A stretch of 64,000 bases of DNA from NCBI GenBank assembly GCA_030867685.1, contig JAQOWU010000001.1, forward strand, positions 124,001 to 188,000, given 5' to 3'. Position 1 is the stretch's first letter. Each line of letters begins with the position of its first letter. A program made the translations under genes and the position numbers. Under the pieces are notes generated by a model. The model saw only the letters and a list, made by a program, of their open reading frames with translations, searched no databases and was not told the DNA's origin. Of this stretch, positions 21,842-30,109 are shown piece by piece. Source of the stretch: Wickerhamiella versatilis (taxonomy: Eukaryota).

Positions 21842-22537
21842 TCACACCTCGGAGGATAGGAAATACATTGAAGGTAGCAATTTGGATGAGGACACTGTCA
21901 ATAGTTCTCGCTTGAGCAGCTCACCGAGTTGAGATATGCGGTTTTGGCTATTTAAAACAATTCGATAACCTCTATACGTTTTGGCAATTAATCTTGCGCT
22001 TGTATGGGATTTCACCAATATTTCCAAGCATTCAGATTTGGCAATGGTATCGGTCTCGAGAGCAACCCTTGGCAACCTTTGCTCAATAAGGTCCAGGAAG
22101 TCAACCATGCGTATCAGCTCTCTGGCATCATGCTCTTGCTTCGAAAGCGTGCGTGTTTCATCCAAAAATTCATCCAGAGTAGATCCTGCTGCATTAAGAC
22201 GAGATGTAGCCGTCTCCGATTCTCGTTGATAACTTAACAGGTCGAGGTCCACGCTTTCCAGTGGAGCCTCTCCATTAGATAAAACCTCCCCCGAAGCAGT
22301 TAAAATTTCCCCAAATGTATTATTAGCCATTTCTATAAGCTCTGAACGAAGTGTATTCTCCAGTTCCCGGGTCTGCACTTGTAGGTCTCGAAGCGTCTGG
22401 AAAGAACTATGGTCGAGAAGCACACGTTCGGCATCGAAATCTGAGGCATTTATGGCCGCTCGTGTTATTATCTTGGCTTGAGGTAGCCCTTCTGCATCGA
22501 CAACGTCATCATCAGGACCAAACAAATCCAAGTCCAT
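21842..22537 (-). CDS. COG2: Conserved oligomeric Golgi subunit Cog2-like (short form)
   Basis: FDAERVLLDHSSFQTLRDLQVQTRELENTLRSELIEMANNTF resembles the COG2 N-terminal domain. Confidence 0.65.
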   Translation of the reverse strand: MDLDLFGPDDDVVDAEGLPQAKIITRAAINASDFDAERVLLDHSSFQTLRDLQVQTRELENTLRSELIEMANNTFGEILTASGEVLSNGEAPLESVDLDLLSYQRESETATSRLNAAGSTLDEFLDETRTLSKQEHDARELIRMVDFLDLIEQRLPRVALETDTIAKSECLEILVKSHTSARLIAKTYRGYRIVLNSQNRISQLGELLKRELLTVSSSKLLPSMYFLSSEV

Positions 22538-22551
22538 CAATGCCAGGCGCC

Positions 22552-22567
22552 AAGCTGACGTCAGCTT
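22552..22567. promoter_or_regulatory. Perfect 16-bp palindrome containing a CRE (TGACGTCA)
   Basis: AAGCTGACGTCAGCTT, 14 bp upstream of the COG2-like ATG. Confidence 0.55.
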
Positions 22568-22790
22568 ATTTTGATGAGATGAAAGAACCAGGCTCTTTGA
22601 TGTTCATTGATTAGTGTATTTTTTTGCCTATCTAACTTCATGAGAGTGCAATCATGGTGAGCCGACTTTAATTAGTTAAGGAAATTTCTTGCCTATAGTA
22701 CTGTATATATATGCAATACTAATCTAGCTGCTTAGCTGGATGGGAAGGTTCCAGCTTGGCATATGCACCAAAGTGGGTTAAGAAAGCCAT

Positions 22791-23012
22791 TCAATGAGAT
22801 CTACCCAATATCACTGGAGGCTCATCTGGTAATGATAGCAATTCATTCATATCGAACGACACTTGTGAAGGTGGTGCCTCAGCAGGTATTCTTGGCAAGG
22901 AGTTAGTCCTCAGCTTCCATTGGGTCTCCAAAACGATTTCTCGAGTCCTCTCTATGCATGTGCTAATAGCAGCTGAATGAAACCTAAGACTTTCTTCAAT
23001 ATTTTTTGACAT
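22791..23012 (-). CDS. Hypothetical 73-aa protein
   Basis: ATG at 23012 (MSKNIEESLRFHSAAIS...) between AT-rich flanks. No family recognised. Confidence 0.3.
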   Translation of the reverse strand: MSKNIEESLRFHSAAISTCIERTREIVLETQWKLRTNSLPRIPAEAPPSQVSFDMNELLSLPDEPPVILGRSH

Positions 23013-23206
23013 GATTGTATGAGGTTCAACTGAGTCTTTTGATGCAAGTCGCAAAGAAACACACGTAAGTCGAATTAGGCTGTAAACAACTAAAATTAAA
23101 ATGTTGGCATAAGAATTCTCATTCCAAAAAAAAATGAGAAAAAAAATTTAGGAGTATGGTTAAATGCAGATAGGCGATTTAGACAATTTCAGAAGCTTAC
23201 TCAGAA

Positions 23207-23217
23207 ACGCGTCGCGA
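23207..23217. promoter_or_regulatory. MCB element(s) of CTF4
   Basis: ACGCGTCGCGA ends 8 bp before the CTF4 ATG; an MCB is expected for a replication gene. Confidence 0.6.
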
Positions 23218-23225
23218 TCTCTGCC

Positions 23226-25430
23226 ATGTTCCATATAAAATATCCACATGAGCAAGGTCCAACACGGCTTTCGTACAGCTCTAATGGCCAGTATCTCCTA
23301 ACAACTGGTAAAAATGGATTGCTACGGCGTTTTGCTGTGGGTACTGAGGATGAGCCTGATACTCTTGAACTGCCGGCTAACGGTTTGACAGTCTCCTGCG
23401 ACGATTCCAAGATTATCGTGGGATGTGAGAATGGGAATGCATATCTATGGGACATGGGATTCAAAGAAGGAGCAGAGAGCTTGGGAATTCTTGCAAGGGC
23501 AACACAACCTATCCGTTTTGTCGATCTTAGCCATGACGGAAAATGGGCCTCTATTTGTGGAGATGATTGCATGTCTATCGTGAATGTAAATGACGTTACC
23601 GACGTGAGGGAGCTCCCCAGCCATCCAAAAACGATACGTACTATCAGCTGGGGCCCTAATAATAGTACAGTTGCCACGTCCGCTCTTGACGGAATAGTAC
23701 GATTCTTTGACTTAGAGGGCGGAAAATTGGTGCACTTGCTTGAAGGCATCCTTCCACGAGTTAAAGAGAGTAGCGATTTACGAACTACCCGTGCAGCTTT
23801 TGGGCCTCCCGGCTTTGTCGCGGTACCTACTAAAACTTTTGGCGTGGCCGTGTACTCCACGCAAACCTGGCTTCCTGAGTTCAGACTAGAGGGTGAGCAT
23901 GAAGGACCTTTGACTGATTTTCAATGGTCACCCAATGGTCGGTATATTGCGACTGCCGCTCAGGATGGCCGTGTCTTGCTCTGGGACGTCACCTCGGGCA
24001 CGGTTATCAACAAGTTGACAGTCAACAAATGCGACCAATTGTGCTGGCATCCTGTGATTAATGAACTGAGTGTGAGCACAAATAAAGGAGGGCTTTTGAG
24101 TGTTCCAGACTGGGTACCTAGCAGTGCGCCTCCGCCATTTGGTACAGTTGTGAATCTGCTACCTGGCCTCGATAACACCGGATACGGTAGAGAGGCAGGT
24201 GGCGAGGAATCAGAAGAGGATCTGTTTCTCAGTGATGATGATGATGCTGCAACATCGCCCCCTGTGTATGAGCATCCAGCGAAAAGGGCCAAACCAGACC
24301 ATTATGCCCAGCAATCATCAGTGTTGCAGCCAGGATCCACACCCTGGGTGCACCAGCGACGATACCTCTGCATTAATTTAGTGGGATATGTTTGGGTACT
24401 GGCAAACTCACCAGACGAGAATTCTGTAACCATAAAATTTTTTGACGAAAGCGATATGAGGGAACTGCATTTTACCGATTCAGAGTGTTTTGATCTCGCA
24501 GCACTCTCCAGCCAGGGTTGTCTATTTGGATCTAGCAGAACGGGCAAGGTGGTGATGCGGTTCCACGCTGGACTGGCGGATAACTGGGAGTACCAAGTTC
24601 CTCCAGGGGATGAGCTGAGAGCTATTGCATTAAGTGACCAAGTCGTGGTTATTTGTACAGCCAATGGTTATGTCCGTTGTATGTCAATATATGGGTCGCA
24701 CTTGCAGGTATCTCGACAGTCAAGAGACCCTGTGGTTAGTTGTGCCGCTGACGGCCAGATGGTTATTGTCGTTCGTTCATCAGGGGGCGGGAAACTATCC
24801 TATAGCTTGGAGAATGCTATCTCTGGCGAGTTCATACAGCGAAATGATGCCGTGGATGTGGCACCATCGAAACAATTGCATGCCCTGTTCTTCTCTGAGG
24901 ATGGTGACCCGTGCGCCATGGACTCTGATATGACATTGTCGGTTCTTATCCATTCCCGTATCCCGGGCCAAGCGCGTTGGGTGCCTATTTTCACAGCTGA
25001 TGAAGGCCAATATTGGCCGCTAGCCATATACGAAGGTAAGCTGAGCGCTGTGTCTGTGGGTTCACACAATCGGTACCCCCCTATCCCCCTCCCTGATCCT
25101 CAAGAATATCCTTTGGCTGTGCCTGGCGCTGCTGGACACGATGGCGAATATCTCACCAAACTTGTGCAAAGTAATATGCTCAAGGACAAGCTTGAGAGTC
25201 TTGGAAACGATGGTGAGACTGAGGATACACTCGAGGAATGTTTGGTGGAGCTGGATCGTATAATGCTGCGACGATTCCAACTTGCATGCCAGGACCGCCG
25301 AGTAAATCGTGCTTTGTCCCTTTCTAGTCTTATGGGAGAGTCGGAGTCGCTGCAGGCAGCGGCAAAAATTGCTCTGCATTATCAGCTGACCTCCCTCGCC
25401 GAGAAAATCACAGACAATATCAGCACTTAA
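23226..25430 (+). CDS. CTF4: Replisome hub Ctf4/Mcl1/AND-1
   Basis: N-terminal WD40 (HEQGPTRLSYSSNG); SepB domain QPGSTPW...RRYLCINLVG; C-terminal helical region LDRIMLRRFQLACQDRR..AL..A.KIA. Confidence 0.93.
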   Translation: MFHIKYPHEQGPTRLSYSSNGQYLLTTGKNGLLRRFAVGTEDEPDTLELPANGLTVSCDDSKIIVGCENGNAYLWDMGFKEGAESLGILARATQPIRFVDLSHDGKWASICGDDCMSIVNVNDVTDVRELPSHPKTIRTISWGPNNSTVATSALDGIVRFFDLEGGKLVHLLEGILPRVKESSDLRTTRAAFGPPGFVAVPTKTFGVAVYSTQTWLPEFRLEGEHEGPLTDFQWSPNGRYIATAAQDGRVLLWDVTSGTVINKLTVNKCDQLCWHPVINELSVSTNKGGLLSVPDWVPSSAPPPFGTVVNLLPGLDNTGYGREAGGEESEEDLFLSDDDDAATSPPVYEHPAKRAKPDHYAQQSSVLQPGSTPWVHQRRYLCINLVGYVWVLANSPDENSVTIKFFDESDMRELHFTDSECFDLAALSSQGCLFGSSRTGKVVMRFHAGLADNWEYQVPPGDELRAIALSDQVVVICTANGYVRCMSIYGSHLQVSRQSRDPVVSCAADGQMVIVVRSSGGGKLSYSLENAISGEFIQRNDAVDVAPSKQLHALFFSEDGDPCAMDSDMTLSVLIHSRIPGQARWVPIFTADEGQYWPLAIYEGKLSAVSVGSHNRYPPIPLPDPQEYPLAVPGAAGHDGEYLTKLVQSNMLKDKLESLGNDGETEDTLEECLVELDRIMLRRFQLACQDRRVNRALSLSSLMGESESLQAAAKIALHYQLTSLAEKITDNIST

Positions 25431-25483
25431 TTGTTCATATTCTTCTAGACAACTAATGCCTTCTAAGATTAACTAGCTTAAGC

Positions 25484-25978
25484 TCACCGAGCAGCCTTTT
25501 CCGCAGCTACACTGGCGGCATCCTCAAATTGAGGACGCAGGTGCGGCTTTTCCTTTAAATGCACTTGCTGGTCCTTGGGAACACCAGGAATCGTCTTCTC
25601 AAGACTGAGTTTGTCAAAAACACATTTGTTCAGAAGGCGCTCAGCTGGACGGCACTGATAAAACCTGTGATTTCCCTGGTCCAAGCATTGCCAATGCCGA
25701 CGGAACTCCTCAAGACAGTTCTTGTTGATATCATCAAGTACAGAGATAGCACAACGCGTCACCCTTCGACCTTCCTTCAAGCAGTCTGCTGGGCCGTTAG
25801 CATCCTTCCTGCACAGCATGAAATCATCGTTATACGGCTGGCACCTGGCCCCAATGAAGTAGCTAGCACTTTTTAATGGTGCACTTGTAGCACCTACCTC
25901 AGGTACATCAGGTATATCACTGGGCAGAGGTGTCGTGTCTACGGCCTCGACATATTTGAATGCGGGATCTCGAGCCAT
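25484..25978 (-). CDS. Complex I subunit NDUFA8 (NUPM, twin CX9C)
   Basis: EVGATSAPLKSASYFIGARCQPYNDDFMLC...CLKEGRRVTRCA...C..F..HWQCLD...CRPAERLLNKCV. Real ATG at 25978. Confidence 0.95.
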   Translation of the reverse strand: MARDPAFKYVEAVDTTPLPSDIPDVPEVGATSAPLKSASYFIGARCQPYNDDFMLCRKDANGPADCLKEGRRVTRCAISVLDDINKNCLEEFRRHWQCLDQGNHRFYQCRPAERLLNKCVFDKLSLEKTIPGVPKDQQVHLKEKPHLRPQFEDAASVAAEKAAR

Positions 25979-26028
25979 TTCCTGTCCTGTGGTTGGCTGA
26001 TTAGTCACGTGGTCTCGAGGAGAGGAAG

Positions 26029-26856
26029 ATGTCAGTGTCCTTCTCTTGGTCGCGGGAAGGGGATAACGCCAATGTTGCACCAGCTCCTAAGGTGGATACA
26101 AAACAAAGCGTGTCCGTTCAAGACCAGCTTGCCCGTATTCGTGATGCATGGGACCCCCAGAGTCCGAACTGTGCTTTCCAGCACTACTTCTATAACAAAG
26201 TACCAGCAGATCAGGTGGGCTTGTACCAAATGCCCCCAGGTCAAGACCAGCAGAAGTGGGAACGTGCATTGATGCAGCGTCCTGATGTCGAGAGTGTGCC
26301 CGTGCTGGCCGTGGGCTTCGACGCGTTAGACAAGCGAGTGAAGCTCCAAAACCAGCAAGTAATGACTTATCGTGCACGACTATATGAAACTAATGAAAAG
26401 CTTGCTGAGATCCAAAACCGCCATAACCTTCACACAGCGGTCAAGTTAGCTGAGATGAAGGAACGCCATGTCAAGTTGGCCCAACGAACCTTATCTCTCG
26501 CTGTAAAGCTTCAAGTTTTGGCAAATAGAGGCCTCACCTTGACCAGTGAAGAGGAGTTGTTTCAGCGTAAGCTTAGAGAGTTTTTGAAGCAAGCTCAAGA
26601 CCCTTCAGCATTTGGTTCGTTAACAGAGGTATGGGCCAGGATCAAAGTAATGCGGGAAAAAATGGTACCCTCGACAGACGTCAAGGAATGCCCAGTTATT
26701 GACTGGGACCGTGATAGTGATCAACTTGAAAACATTGTAAGTGTACTCGCAGCCCAGCAGACAGGGATCCGGTTTTTGGCAAGTTTGCTTGAACAGGATG
26801 GTAAGCGCGTCGATGATACCTTGCATAATGAGAAGAAGCTAGCAACACATTCGTAG
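26029..26856 (+). CDS. NUP57: Nucleoporin Nup57/Nup54, core domain only
   Basis: AWDPQSPNCAFQHYFYNKV...WERAL..RPD...PVLAVGFDAL..R...LANRGLTLTSEEE...L..QQTGI..L is the Nup54 alpha/beta plus coiled-coil region. Confidence 0.88.
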   Translation: MSVSFSWSREGDNANVAPAPKVDTKQSVSVQDQLARIRDAWDPQSPNCAFQHYFYNKVPADQVGLYQMPPGQDQQKWERALMQRPDVESVPVLAVGFDALDKRVKLQNQQVMTYRARLYETNEKLAEIQNRHNLHTAVKLAEMKERHVKLAQRTLSLAVKLQVLANRGLTLTSEEELFQRKLREFLKQAQDPSAFGSLTEVWARIKVMREKMVPSTDVKECPVIDWDRDSDQLENIVSVLAAQQTGIRFLASLLEQDGKRVDDTLHNEKKLATHS

Positions 26857-26935
26857 TTATTGTATATTAATACTATTTTAAGATCATTTTTATGTTTTCA
26901 TGCACTGGATAGAATCACATCTTCTGTAATGGAGC

Positions 26936-27355
26936 TTATTCCTCGTTTTTGACTCCATTTGCAATGCGAAGGATATCATTCTGATCCCGAGTTACAGATT
27001 GGATCCGGACAGTGCTCTGGTCCACCGCCACAGGCTCCTTAAATGCATCGAATAGACCCTTTTCCAGAGGAGTCAACCCCTGGGATTCCGTATATATTCT
27101 TTCCGGAACTCTATGTGAATCACCGGAACTGCTTAGATCTTCAATTAGAACCTGTAGTTTCTCGAGCCTTTTCTTTGTGACCGGGCACATTTCCTGTAGG
27201 TAGTGGATCATTCGACCTCGACCGCCCAACTGTCCAGATATATAAGTATAAACCTGCAGGCTATCACCTAGTGAGTTAGGCGGTGGTGTCACTGTAAAAC
27301 GAGCTAGCAAAGTCCGGTTTAGCAGAGCCTGTACGGACCGAGGCAGAGATGCCAT
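26936..27355 (-). CDS. Hypothetical 139-aa protein, possibly mitochondrial
   Basis: ATG-started ORF that fills the NUP57-TOM5 gap; the N-terminus is presequence-like (basic, no acidic residues). Confidence 0.55.
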   Translation of the reverse strand: MASLPRSVQALLNRTLLARFTVTPPPNSLGDSLQVYTYISGQLGGRGRMIHYLQEMCPVTKKRLEKLQVLIEDLSSSGDSHRVPERIYTESQGLTPLEKGLFDAFKEPVAVDQSTVRIQSVTRDQNDILRIANGVKNEE

Positions 27356-27497
27356 CGCTGCAACATAAAAACCTAGCCCTCTCTCCAGAGAAAGAGACCG
27401 CTATCAGGGAAAAAAGGAAGTTAAAGTCTACGGTTTTAGAAGCGAGATCAAAACTATGTACAAGTAACCTTGCCGAAAATAAGTTCACAGAACAAAT

Positions 27498-27647
27498 TTA
27501 CCAACGTCCTTTCACAAGCTCGATCGCGAAAGGAGCTGCCCACAGCGCTGCAGCAATGTATACAGCTGTGGTAATAACACCACGAGACTCAGAGGAGCGA
27601 GCCTCAAGTTCTTCCTTCGAGGGAGGGGGGGGCATTCCACCGAACAT
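27498..27647 (-). CDS. TOM5: Mitochondrial import receptor subunit Tom5 (49 aa)
   Basis: Below the ORF-track cutoff. Manual translation MFGGMPPPPSKEELEARSSESRGVITTAVYIAAALWAAPFAIELVKGRW* matches the Tom5 pattern (MFG..., S.EE, LW..P, tail anchor). Confidence 0.93.
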   Translation of the reverse strand: MFGGMPPPPSKEELEARSSESRGVITTAVYIAAALWAAPFAIELVKGRW

Positions 27648-27859
27648 GATTAAAAAGTGAAGATAGAATGTTCGTTTTAGTCAGATGCCGCCTTAAAGGC
27701 TATGTTGACGTTCAGATCATTGGAGGCAGCACGAATACCGATACATGACCATGATATTCGTAGAAGCTACAGAAATTTTAGCATATATTAAGCGTCTCGG
27801 CTGAAAAGAATGTCATATATATCTCTAAATACATGGTTCAATCACGCTAACTAATCATC

Positions 27860-29122
27860 ATGTCAGATAGTGAGCAGCAGGTGCCCGTTCAGGATCCTCC
27901 GCAAGCGGAAGAGGTGCCTCGGGAAGAGCCTGGCCCACAAGAGGATGTTAATGAGACAGGTGATAATTCACCCACTGCAGGGACACCCGATGCTGCAGGT
28001 TCCGAGGAAGAGTTAAGTGATGTTGATGAAGAGCAGTTTCAGGAGGAACCCCTGGACGATGAGGTATACCAGCTGTCAAGCCACAGAAAAAAGAACGAGG
28101 GTCCTAAGCGTGTAAAGGAACGTCGTCGGCCTGCGAAGAAGCAGACCGAGGATGATGCCCCTGGGGACGTTCCACAGTCTGCCACTACCTCTCCAGCGAA
28201 GCGGCGCCGAAAATCCCCTGCCAGCGCGAAACCGAAGGCGGACGAAGATGAAGAGGAGATTGATGACTCCACAAGACAAAGAAGAGAACTAGAGAGTCGT
28301 ATTGATGCAGTGCTAAAGCCTTCGACCACAAAGCGCAAAAAGGTTTCAGGTGACGACCTGGAACAAATGCAGGATGATGCTATTGCTGCTCTTAGAGATA
28401 AAATGCGCATGGTCGCGGTCGAAGATGCTGAATGCATCAAGGAGGGAAAGCCTGCTTTAAATAAAATAAGGATGCTCCCTGAAGTTACTACAATTCTTCG
28501 CAAAGAAAGTCTCGCTGACAGTATTTTAGATGGTAATCTTCTTGAAAGTGCGCGAATGTGGCTCGAACCTCTCCCGGATGCATCACTTCCCAGTTTCGAG
28601 ATCCAGCGTGAAATATTCTCTGCCCTTGAAACTTTGCCGATCAAGACTATCCATTTACGTGAAAGTGGCTTGGGGCGTGTTGTTCTCTTCTATCAGAAGT
28701 CTAAGAGGCCACATCCGTACATTAAACGGACAGCTGATCGGTTAATTGGAGACTGGACTCGACCCATCATGGGACGTAGTGACAACTATAGAGACAAGAT
28801 GGTCCGTACCGCTACTTTCAACCCACAGGAGCTTGCTACAGCCGCATCGACATCGTCACAATCCCGCAAGCCCGAAGTTCTTACTCCATATGAGGAAAGT
28901 GCCCGTCGTCGCAACCGGGCGGCCCTTCCCACGGCTCGTGGTGTAACTTATGATGTTGCCCCCATGAATACGGTAGCAAATTCAATTGCTCAAGCTGGAA
29001 AACATGCCGCAGGCGGTGGCGATTCACAATTGAAGCGCATGAAAACAAAGCTTCAAAACTCGTCGAAGACCCAACGTTCACGCAAGTCTCAAGTTAGTGT
29101 TGAGGGACGTGGCTTGAATTAA
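27860..29122 (+). CDS. SPN1: Transcription elongation factor Spn1/Iws1
   Basis: SILDGNLLESARMWLEPLPDASLP...LRESGLGRVVLFY...LIGDWTRPI. Confidence 0.95.
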   Translation: MSDSEQQVPVQDPPQAEEVPREEPGPQEDVNETGDNSPTAGTPDAAGSEEELSDVDEEQFQEEPLDDEVYQLSSHRKKNEGPKRVKERRRPAKKQTEDDAPGDVPQSATTSPAKRRRKSPASAKPKADEDEEEIDDSTRQRRELESRIDAVLKPSTTKRKKVSGDDLEQMQDDAIAALRDKMRMVAVEDAECIKEGKPALNKIRMLPEVTTILRKESLADSILDGNLLESARMWLEPLPDASLPSFEIQREIFSALETLPIKTIHLRESGLGRVVLFYQKSKRPHPYIKRTADRLIGDWTRPIMGRSDNYRDKMVRTATFNPQELATAASTSSQSRKPEVLTPYEESARRRNRAALPTARGVTYDVAPMNTVANSIAQAGKHAAGGGDSQLKRMKTKLQNSSKTQRSRKSQVSVEGRGLN

Positions 29123-29263
29123 ATTATTCCACTATAGTAACTAAATTGAATCAGTAGTGACAAAGTTTTGAGAGACTGTGGTAACCTACACATATCTCAG
29201 TTACAAAGGAGTATAGTATAAGTATAGTCCGTCAATAGATTTAGCAATTTACAAATAGCGAGC

Positions 29264-29701
29264 TTACGTGCGGGGCTTCTCCTTCTTCTCCTTCCAAAGG
29301 GCAATCAAAGAGACACCAGACACCTTAACGACCTTGAAACGGACACCAGGGATATCACCCTTCGCCTTACCCTTACGACCGAAACCGGCAAGGAGCACTT
29401 CGTCGTTGGTGTCAACGAAGTTCAGGCAACCGTCATTAGGAACGAAGGCGGTGACACGCTTACCGTTCTTGATCAGCTGTACACGGACACACTTACGAAT
29501 GGCAGAGTTTGGCTGCTTGGCCTCAATACCAATCTTTTCCAGAACGATTCCCTTAGCGTGGGAAGCACCACCGAATGGAGAATGCTTATAAGAAGTACCG
29601 AGAGTACGGTTCTTATATTGCTCGTCCGCCCAGCGGTTGTCACGACGGTTGGTACGGAGCTTACGAGCTGCGTGGAGTCCGCGAGGCTTGCCTTTTCCCA
29701 T
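29264..29701 (-). CDS. RPS23: 40S ribosomal protein uS12 (S23)
   Basis: [15 protein letters not shown]...[20 protein letters not shown]...[13 protein letters not shown]; the coding region has no intron. Confidence 0.98.
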   Translation of the reverse strand: MGKGKPRGLHAARKLRTNRRDNRWADEQYKNRTLGTSYKHSPFGGASHAKGIVLEKIGIEAKQPNSAIRKCVRVQLIKNGKRVTAFVPNDGCLNFVDTNDEVLLAGFGRKGKAKGDIPGVRFKVVKVSGVSLIALWKEKKEKPRT

Positions 29702-30109
29702 CCTGTTCTCGTTAAAGCAGTAGCTCCCACACTTTGCGTTCTCAAGTGGCTGATGGGATGACATTTGCCCTACACCCTAAGATTACCTAATCTGAAATAT
29801 CGCCATTCTGTCAGATATAAGAAAAGGGGTGCTACTGTTAATGCATTATTTTAGTATAAAAATTGCAGATTCCTAATATTATGGGATTGATATTATATTG
29901 TAGATACTCTTCAGTTTAATGTGGGATCGCTAAAAATTTCGTGTAACGCGTGGTGATGCTAGCTTGGTTTTGCGAGTTCATGTGATCCTGCTATAGTTTT
30001 CAATTTGAAACCTTTTCAAAATGTCTGCACTATCCAAATGATAAAATCATAACTGTCAGGTAGTTAATTTAGTTCGGTAGTTTATGGCTGTCAGATTTGT
30101 CATAGACCG

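Noticed and set aside
25979..26080. Apparent NDUFA8/NUP57 CDS overlap in the ORF track
   Set aside because: It arises from a non-ATG start call; homology begins at ATG 25978.
27349..27660. 103-aa plus-strand ORF or possible structured RNA
   Set aside because: It is explained as the antisense of TOM5.
27670..27770. Possible box C/D snoRNA upstream of TOM5 (ATGATCTGA...CTGA on the minus strand)
   Set aside because: The C box is poor and I recognise no rRNA guide.
19728..28644. Long antisense ORFs (19728-20240, 23201-23860, 28039-28644)
   Set aside because: They lie fully opposite well-supported genes and reflect codon bias or low complexity.
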